Source: Mosigvirus mar005p1. From it: a DNA stretch of 64,000 nucleotides. The stretch is from the sequence record OZ035759.1; one strand, given 5' to 3'. A program made the translations under genes and the position numbers. Within the stretch, counting starts at the first letter, position 1. Each line of letters begins with the position of its first letter. The notes under the pieces are model-generated. The model was not told the DNA's origin and did not search any database. It saw only the letters and a list, made by a program, of their open reading frames with translations. Positions 58,290 through 64,000 of this stretch are shown in pieces.

Positions 58290-60106
58290 TAGGACATCCA
58301 TTCTTTACGAAGTTCTGAATCATCACCCATCAACATTTCAAAAAGTTCTTTCCAATTTTCAGGAAGTTTAACTACGTCGTACACAGGGTTCTGAATCATT
58401 TCACGATATTCTGACTTTTCAAGGGAGCCTAATCCCTTGATGTATCGAATACTATGCTTAGGCAGTGTATCTTTAACTTCTTCATACTCAGCTACAGTAT
58501 AAAACCATTTTTGAGTTTTGCCAATTTGTGCAATAATTACAGGCGTTTTAACAAAGCGAATACGTCCTTGTTCAAACAATTCAGGCCAATTACTAAAGAA
58601 AGCAAGCAAAGCCGGATAGATACTTCCAAGACCGTCGTGATCTGCATCAGTCATAATTGCAATATTACGATAGTTCGTATTCTCTGCCTTTTCACCAAGA
58701 ATAAGACCTGTGATAGCACAGATATCAAAGAGCTCTTTGTTCTTCATCATATCAGCATATGACATACCCCAGCTATTCATCACCTTACCACGTAATGGGA
58801 ATCCGCCGTGTAGTTCACGGTCACGAACATCAATGAGATAACCAATTGCCGAATCACCTTCTGTTAAGAACAATGTCGTATCTGCATCTTTACCACATTG
58901 GTTAGCTTTAATATGCTTATGAACCTTAGCTTTAGTTGCCTTTTTAGCTGCTTTAGTTTCTGCAGCCTTTTCTGCTGCCAATTTACGAGCTAATGCTGCT
59001 TCAACAATAGGCATAATCAAGGCTTCGTTTTTAAGAAGCGCCTGAGCAATTTTCTTAGCATCTAATTGGATATGATTACGAATATCACCATACGTTGACG
59101 TTAAACGTTCTTTAGTCTGAGAATCAAAACGCATGTTGCTCATGTCTCTAATAAACATCAACATTGTGAGGCATTCTTTAACACGAGCTTTAGTGACTTC
59201 AATACCCTTATATTTCTTTTTAATACCCGGCAAAAGATGTTCGCAGATATCATCCATTACACATTCAACATGATGACCACCATTTTTAGTATGGATGTTA
59301 TTCACATAAGTTAAATGACGGAAGCCATCTGGTGATGTTGTGAATGCTATAGAGACTTTATCATTTTCTTGAATGATGTTATCTTCACCAAATTGTTTAG
59401 CAAATCGTTTAAAATTACCATCAACCTTTTTACCATTAAATGTGAACTTGATATCAGGATAAACGACTGCCAATGTTTGAAGTCGGTCTAAAGTAATATC
59501 TAAATAAATTTGAGATAAATTATGCTCTTCAAATGAAGCGAAATCAGGAGTGAAGATTACTTTAGTGCCTTTACCTTTAGATTTCTTAGAAGACCATGAT
59601 TTATTTTCCATTCCGTTTGAACAGTTAACAGTGATTTCATTTTCGCCATCTGACGTGATGCCTGTAAACAACGTAGAGAAGATATTAGTTAAACTACTCC
59701 CGACGCCGTTCATACCACCAGTCTTGCGTTCAGAGTCATCACCAAAGTTACCACCGGCCTTTGGAATAGTCCAGGCTGCTACAGGCCCAGGAATTTGTTC
59801 ACCTGTTTGGTCGGTAACTAAACCTTGAGGAATACCACGTCCGTTATCTTCCACCGAAACTTGATTATTTTTAATTTGCACATCAATTTTATTTGCAAAC
59901 TTAAACGATGTACGAATAGCTTCATCAACCGAGTTGTCAATAATCTCATCGATTAATTTAACCAGACCAGGAACATATTCAACTTGTTGATATTTACCAA
60001 ACAAAAAACGCTCGTGGGCTTCTTTAGCAGAAGAACCAATATACATACCACTACGTTTCTTAATATGTTCTACATCTGACAATACCTTAATTTCATTTTT
60101 AATCAT
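58289..60106 (-). CDS. 39: DNA topoisomerase II large subunit gp39, uninterrupted (covers T4 39 + 60)
   Basis: 605 aa; GyrB-like GHKL ATPase and TOPRIM segments in a single ORF. Confidence 0.9.
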   Translation of the reverse strand: MIKNEIKVLSDVEHIKKRSGMYIGSSAKEAHERFLFGKYQQVEYVPGLVKLIDEIIDNSVDEAIRTSFKFANKIDVQIKNNQVSVEDNGRGIPQGLVTDQTGEQIPGPVAAWTIPKAGGNFGDDSERKTGGMNGVGSSLTNIFSTLFTGITSDGENEITVNCSNGMENKSWSSKKSKGKGTKVIFTPDFASFEEHNLSQIYLDITLDRLQTLAVVYPDIKFTFNGKKVDGNFKRFAKQFGEDNIIQENDKVSIAFTTSPDGFRHLTYVNNIHTKNGGHHVECVMDDICEHLLPGIKKKYKGIEVTKARVKECLTMLMFIRDMSNMRFDSQTKERLTSTYGDIRNHIQLDAKKIAQALLKNEALIMPIVEAALARKLAAEKAAETKAAKKATKAKVHKHIKANQCGKDADTTLFLTEGDSAIGYLIDVRDRELHGGFPLRGKVMNSWGMSYADMMKNKELFDICAITGLILGEKAENTNYRNIAIMTDADHDGLGSIYPALLAFFSNWPELFEQGRIRFVKTPVIIAQIGKTQKWFYTVAEYEEVKDTLPKHSIRYIKGLGSLEKSEYREMIQNPVYDVVKLPENWKELFEMLMGDDSELRKEWMS

Positions 60107-60128
60107 GTTGTCTCCTCGTTATGAAGGT

Positions 60129-60153
60129 ATTCTATCATCCGAAATCTAAAGCA
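60129..60153 (-). promoter_or_regulatory. middle promoter (MotA box TGCTTTA, 12 nt, TAGAAT; minus strand) upstream of gene 39
   Basis: plus taaagca 60147..60153 and attcta 60129..60134. Confidence 0.45.
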
Positions 60154-60166
60154 AAAAGGGCCGAAG
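60151..60166 (-). terminator. rho-independent terminator (GGGC UUCG GCCC then UUUUUG) after ORF 60170..60595
   Basis: GC stem, UUCG loop, U-tract. Confidence 0.5.
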
Positions 60167-60169
60167 CCC

Positions 60170-60595
60170 TTATTTAAATTTAATTTTCTGAAGTGCATCA
60201 ATTGCAGCCAAACGCCCTTGTTCACTTTTAACTGTAATGACCACATCGCCTGATACGATCACCGAGCCATCAACAAATTCTATAGAGCCTTTTTTGAAAT
60301 CGACAGCTGTATCTGGTTCCTGAACTTCTTCAAAGAATTTAAATTCTGCACCATAAAGCAGAATATCACCTTGCATACTATGAATAGTTCGGCCATAATC
60401 GCCTACGGCTTCTACAGCAATAACCGAAACACCGTAACCAATCATCTCTTCCACAATAAAATCTTTGGACAATAAAGTAGTATGCAGATTAGTATTAAGA
60501 CGTTTACCAGTCGTATTAAGAATTCTCAAGAAATTATCTTCTTGACCTTTGATAATACGATATTTCTTACCAACTTCAAAACCTTTAAAAGCCAT
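60170..60595 (-). CDS. hypothetical protein (39.1 position)
   Basis: 141 aa. Confidence 0.5.
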   Translation of the reverse strand: MAFKGFEVGKKYRIIKGQEDNFLRILNTTGKRLNTNLHTTLLSKDFIVEEMIGYGVSVIAVEAVGDYGRTIHSMQGDILLYGAEFKFFEEVQEPDTAVDFKKGSIEFVDGSVIVSGDVVITVKSEQGRLAAIDALQKIKFK

Positions 60596-60597
60596 AA

Positions 60598-60777
60598 TTA
60601 ACCCTTTTTAAGTAAGTCGTAAAAACCACCGTTCACATGTTTAGGAGCAGAAACCCGACGAGTAGACAGACGATGACATTCAGGGCAAACATCGTTTTCT
60701 CGTTCAGAAATCCTTTTAATTTTTTCATATTCATGACCACAATCTTCAGATTGGCATTTATAGTCGTATAACGGCAT
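60598..60777 (-). CDS. zinc-ribbon protein, FmdB-like (MPLYDYKCQSEDCGHEYE...CPEC), 59 aa
   Basis: CxxxxC...CxxC pattern; below track cutoff; tightly packed between neighbours. Confidence 0.5.
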   Translation of the reverse strand: MPLYDYKCQSEDCGHEYEKIKRISERENDVCPECHRLSTRRVSAPKHVNGGFYDLLKKG

Positions 60778-60779
60778 TA

Positions 60780-61190
60780 TTATTCCTTAAAATGTGCTTT
60801 CAACATTTGATACAAAGACCATGCCTGGTCGTTATTTTTGATAGTAATCGTCATCACCGGAAATTCAGACAATTCATCAAGTTCTCCAGAGTCTTGCTCT
60901 TCAGACGCTTGATATGGATTTCCAACTTCGTCAAAGAACTCTGCTTCATTCGTGGAGAGCCAGATAAAGTTTTCATCAAGGATATCACCGCCTGCTGCGT
61001 ATCCAACCATGCCAGTAGATGTCACAATTTTAGTAGGACGACCAAGATGGTCAACATCTAATACTTTAAATGGTTCCATGCCAAGACGTCGTGCATAAAT
61101 CCCATTATCAGTGTGGTCTTTAATAAACTCTTCTTGGGCACGTTTATCTTTAAATTGGTACCATGAGTTAACGCGGAATTTATTAGCCAT
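60780..61190 (-). CDS. hypothetical acidic protein (start at MANKF, TAATG overlap with upstream stop)
   Basis: 136 aa. Confidence 0.5.
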   Translation of the reverse strand: MANKFRVNSWYQFKDKRAQEEFIKDHTDNGIYARRLGMEPFKVLDVDHLGRPTKIVTSTGMVGYAAGGDILDENFIWLSTNEAEFFDEVGNPYQASEEQDSGELDELSEFPVMTITIKNNDQAWSLYQMLKAHFKE

Positions 61191-61417
61191 TAGTAAGTTT
61201 CCTTCCAATAAGTTGTACCATTTTCAGTGATTTCACGGAAGATACCATAGATAGGCATTTCGTCACCGAGTTTTTCGTAAACGTAAACCACTTCGGTGTA
61301 GCATAAAAATCCGGTCCAGTTTTTCTGTACAACAACTAAATCAGGATTAAACAGAACATCTTCAAACTCATCGATGTTTGAATCAGTAGTTACATTTTTA
61401 ATGATTTGACGTTTCAT
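61190..61417 (-). CDS. hypothetical small protein (start moved to MKRQIIK with AAGAGGAGAA RBS; track start lay inside the promoter)
   Basis: 75 aa. Confidence 0.5.
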   Translation of the reverse strand: MKRQIIKNVTTDSNIDEFEDVLFNPDLVVVQKNWTGFLCYTEVVYVYEKLGDEMPIYGIFREITENGTTYWKETY

Positions 61418-61445
61418 AATATTCTCCTCTTGTTTTGATAGGTCT

Positions 61446-61474
61446 ATAGTATCATAGACCATAGTTGTTGTACA
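61446..61474 (-). promoter_or_regulatory. T4 early promoter variant (TGTACA N17 TACTAT, minus strand)
   Basis: plus atagta 61446..61451, tgtaca 61469..61474. Confidence 0.45.
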
Positions 61475-61999
61475 TCATTTTAGCAAAATAAAATCAACTT
61501 GTTCTGCCAATGAACGTCTAAACATTAATTGACAACTTCCGAGGATGAAATCAGGTGCTTCATAGACCGCGATGTAGTATCCTTTAGCTTTCAAGAGTTC
61601 AACATCCACCTGGTCATCAAACCATGCATAAACCGCGTCAACACTTTCAAATCCAAAATAGAACCCTTGAGCCCAATCTTCACTCAATTCAAATGTGTGC
61701 TCAATTCTATGGTATCTTAAGATATTTTGTTCAAGGAGTTTGTCTTCATTTACTGTAGGACGATTAGGGACATTATAGTTGTCACCGTGATGGTAGAAGT
61801 TACCTGAGATTATTCCATGCTTATCAAGGAACTCCCATGTTTCTTCAGAGTTGTCGGTGCCCGACCAACCGTATGGCGAGCGAGGTTCTTTATTCCAAGA
61901 GGTTTCCCAAATTCTGACGGCTTTACCGTCTTCGATAGCAATTCCTGGTAATGATTCACGTTGAGTACAAAAACTACGTTCTACGCGGTAAACTAACAT
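61475..61999 (-). CDS. hypothetical protein
   Basis: 174 aa; GAGGAG RBS; early promoter upstream. Confidence 0.5.
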   Translation of the reverse strand: MLVYRVERSFCTQRESLPGIAIEDGKAVRIWETSWNKEPRSPYGWSGTDNSEETWEFLDKHGIISGNFYHHGDNYNVPNRPTVNEDKLLEQNILRYHRIEHTFELSEDWAQGFYFGFESVDAVYAWFDDQVDVELLKAKGYYIAVYEAPDFILGSCQLMFRRSLAEQVDFILLK

Positions 62000-62026
62000 A
62001 TTATTCTCCTCTGGTTGATATGGTTA

Positions 62027-62056
62027 TAATATCAAAACCAAAGGAGAAGTAAACAA
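62027..62056 (-). promoter_or_regulatory. T4 early promoter (GTTTAC N17 TATTAT, minus strand)
   Basis: plus ataata 62027..62032, gtaaaca 62050..62056. Confidence 0.5.
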
Positions 62057-62058
62057 CT

Positions 62059-62478
62059 TTATGCGAAAGCAGCTGGGCTATATTTTTTAATTTGGAATTC
62101 AGGAACTACCATGAACTGTCCAGCGAAAACGATGTTATAAAGCTTAACACCATCTTCTACCCAACGGTCGCTAATAAATCCGGCGATTTGCTTAGTTTTC
62201 CATGGCGTTCCATCAGTTGCCGCAGCAATAGTGAATTCATGGTCTTTTTCAACAGAAACTGATCTGCATAGTCCCCATTTGAACGCTTTTTCTTCTGGTT
62301 CAATGAACTGGCTTGAGACGTAGCCAATATTACCATTAGCATCACGAACTTTAACTTGGTTACGACCAAAAACCGGATCACTCACAGAAAGAACTTCAAC
62401 CAACTTCCCGGCAACTTTAGAGCGAGAAGCAACAGATACATATACGTAATCACCTGTAGAGAGATTTACAATATTCAT
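62059..62478 (-). CDS. paralog A of tandem family (C-terminal GFISDRWVEDGVKLYNIVFAGQFMVVP motif)
   Basis: 139 aa; AAGGA RBS. Confidence 0.55.
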   Translation of the reverse strand: MNIVNLSTGDYVYVSVASRSKVAGKLVEVLSVSDPVFGRNQVKVRDANGNIGYVSSQFIEPEEKAFKWGLCRSVSVEKDHEFTIAAATDGTPWKTKQIAGFISDRWVEDGVKLYNIVFAGQFMVVPEFQIKKYSPAAFA

Positions 62479-62487
62479 AATAATTCC

Positions 62488-62952
62488 TTAAGCTTTACGA
62501 GGAGACACATAGCGAGTGATTTCAGATTCTTTAACAACTCGGAAGTCACCTAAGAATACGATATTGTATAACTTTTCACCATCTTCAACCCATTGGTCAC
62601 TAATGAAGCCACACATAGTATCAGTTTTGCTTGGATAACCGTATTCATCGATGAAGTCAAATTCTTTATCAGTCTGGAATTCAACACCTTTACACAAGGC
62701 CCATTTGAACTGTGTAGTAGGCTCAACGATATCGCTTGAAGCAAAGTGGGCACTTACACGAGTTTCCAAGAATTTAGGACTTACATAGGCGAACTGAGTT
62801 TCAGTTTTTCCAGAACTAGGAATGATTCGAACTTTAACTTCTTTAATACGGCCCATGCCATTAGTACGAAGTCCTACTACTTCAACCAGCTTTCCTGCAG
62901 CTTTAGAACGAGACGCTGTCGATACACGTTTAATTTCACCAATATTAATCAT
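62488..62952 (-). CDS. paralog B of tandem family (start at MINIGEIK; track ORF began at 63015)
   Basis: 154 aa; N-terminal VSTASRSKAAGKLVEV and C-terminal GFISDQWVEDGEKLYNIVFLGDFRVV shared with paralog A. Confidence 0.55.
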   Translation of the reverse strand: MINIGEIKRVSTASRSKAAGKLVEVVGLRTNGMGRIKEVKVRIIPSSGKTETQFAYVSPKFLETRVSAHFASSDIVEPTTQFKWALCKGVEFQTDKEFDFIDEYGYPSKTDTMCGFISDQWVEDGEKLYNIVFLGDFRVVKESEITRYVSPRKA

Positions 62953-62983
62953 ATTTTTTCTCTCTTTGTTTAAATTGAATTCA

Positions 62984-63013
62984 TTATACTCCATCCATCC
63001 TTGGATGTACAAC
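62984..63013 (-). promoter_or_regulatory. T4 early promoter (TTGTACA N17 TATAAT, minus strand)
   Basis: plus attata 62984..62989, tgtacaa 63007..63013. Confidence 0.5.
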
Positions 63014-63014
63014 A

Positions 63015-63509
63015 TTAATTTAGAATATTAACTACTGCACTACGTGGAACAACGCTAAAATCACCGGCATGAACAACGTTCAGAAGTTCAACCCCATCTT
63101 CAATCCACTGATCAGTTACCCATCCACTCACTGGACCTGCGAACGGACGACGAATTGAAACAGCTTTACACAACAAATCAGTAGGCTCAATAGGCTTAAT
63201 CAGAGTACCGTACATACAAGCGATATCCATATCAATACAGATGTCTTTAACGGGTTCTACTTCTTCAACCAACAGTTCAAAGTCGGTGCTTGGAAGGGCG
63301 GTAGTAGAAATTGTACCGTATGAATTTTTAATTTCTAAGAATAACCAAGGGCCTTCAGCTTGTTTGATGAAGTTAACAATAGTGAAACTATTACCTTGAG
63401 TGGCACCTAAAATTTCACAAAACTTTTCATAAGCTCGCACTGAAGCACCGTACCAGTTGATTTGTTTTTCGTCTTTCAGGATGTAAGTAGCCGTAGTATT
63501 GATATTCAT
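63015..63509 (-). CDS. paralog C of tandem family (C-terminal WVTDQWIEDGVELLNVVHAGDFSVVP)
   Basis: 164 aa. Confidence 0.55.
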   Translation of the reverse strand: MNINTTATYILKDEKQINWYGASVRAYEKFCEILGATQGNSFTIVNFIKQAEGPWLFLEIKNSYGTISTTALPSTDFELLVEEVEPVKDICIDMDIACMYGTLIKPIEPTDLLCKAVSIRRPFAGPVSGWVTDQWIEDGVELLNVVHAGDFSVVPRSAVVNILN

Positions 63510-63542
63510 AATGTTTTTTCCTGTTTGGTTAAGATAGAAAGA

Positions 63543-63572
63543 TTATACTCCAACCATCCTTGGTTGTAAACT
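63543..63572 (-). promoter_or_regulatory. T4 early promoter (GTTTACA N17 TATAAT, minus strand)
   Basis: plus attata 63543..63548, tgtaaac 63566..63572. Confidence 0.5.
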
Positions 63573-63576
63573 GATT

Positions 63577-64000
63577 TTATCGCTGTTTTACACTTAACGG
63601 GTCAGGATTCTCAGGGACATCTTCAAGGCCAAGCGCATAACGCTGAGCATATTTTAACATCAAAATATCTTTAGCACAATCATGAATACTATCATGGGCA
63701 ACGAATCCTTTTAGCGTACCCATCGGTAATGGACACATACTTAATCCTCGTGTCAACGAGTAAGCTTCGATTGCCGTACGAATATCACGTTGAGCCCAGA
63801 ATTTAACCGGTTCTAATTTATCAGTATCAATATCTGGTTCAAGAACACCTTCATCACGATAGAGGTCACGAATCAAATCGACCAAGATCGGGAAGTCAAA
63901 GCTCATACCACGGCACCACATCTGTGATTTCCATTGGTCAACTTTATTAGCTCGGCAATAGTCTAAAAAGATTTTAATGCCTTCAAGCGTAGTGACATCG
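63577..64000 (-). CDS. dexA: exonuclease A (DEDDh 3'-5' exonuclease), C-terminal part; gene start lies beyond the window end
   Basis: open frame to window edge; HDSIHD exonuclease motif; T4 synteny. Confidence 0.75.
   Translation of the reverse strand, partial: DVTTLEGIKIFLDYCRANKVDQWKSQMWCRGMSFDFPILVDLIRDLYRDEGVLEPDIDTDKLEPVKFWAQRDIRTAIEAYSLTRGLSMCPLPMGTLKGFVAHDSIHDCAKDILMLKYAQRYALGLEDVPENPDPLSVKQR

Overview
This window is a contiguous, AT-rich segment of a T4-like myovirus genome (Tevenvirinae), recognisable gene by gene from T4 synteny and from protein sequences recalled from memory; no alignment or database search was run. Gene order: partial inh-like gene, segD-like GIY-YIG endonuclease, uvsW, uvsW.1, uvsY.-2/-1, uvsY, baseplate genes 25-26-51-27-28-29-48-54, alt, DNA ligase 30 and 30.1-30.9, rIII, 31, 31.1, cd, a DAHP-synthase gene absent from T4, small cd.x ORFs, pseT, alc, rnlA, denA, nrdB, nrdA, td, frd, 32, 59, 33, dsbA, rnh, long tail fibre genes 34-35-36-37-38, holin t, asiA, arn region, motA, 52, ndd, denB, rIIB, rIIA, rIIA.1, a glycosyltransferase-like gene, an uninterrupted gene 39, small ORFs including a tandem paralog triplet, and the 3' part of dexA. 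Non-coding signals are classic T4 ones: about 20 early promoters (GTTTAC N17 TAtaAT) on the minus strand, MotA-box middle promoters, TATAAATA late promoters, and many GC-stem UUCG-tetraloop hairpins after genes. No tRNA, rRNA or CRISPR array was found. The most notable accessory content is the AroG-like DAHP synthase inside the nucleotide-metabolism cluster, a GT-B glycosyltransferase-like gene occupying the T4 gene 60 position next to a perfect 11-bp inverted repeat, a NADAR-like protein (30.3) near the ADP-ribosyltransferase Alt, and the tandem paralogs near dexA. td, nrdB and 39 are all uninterrupted (no introns, no gene 60 split).
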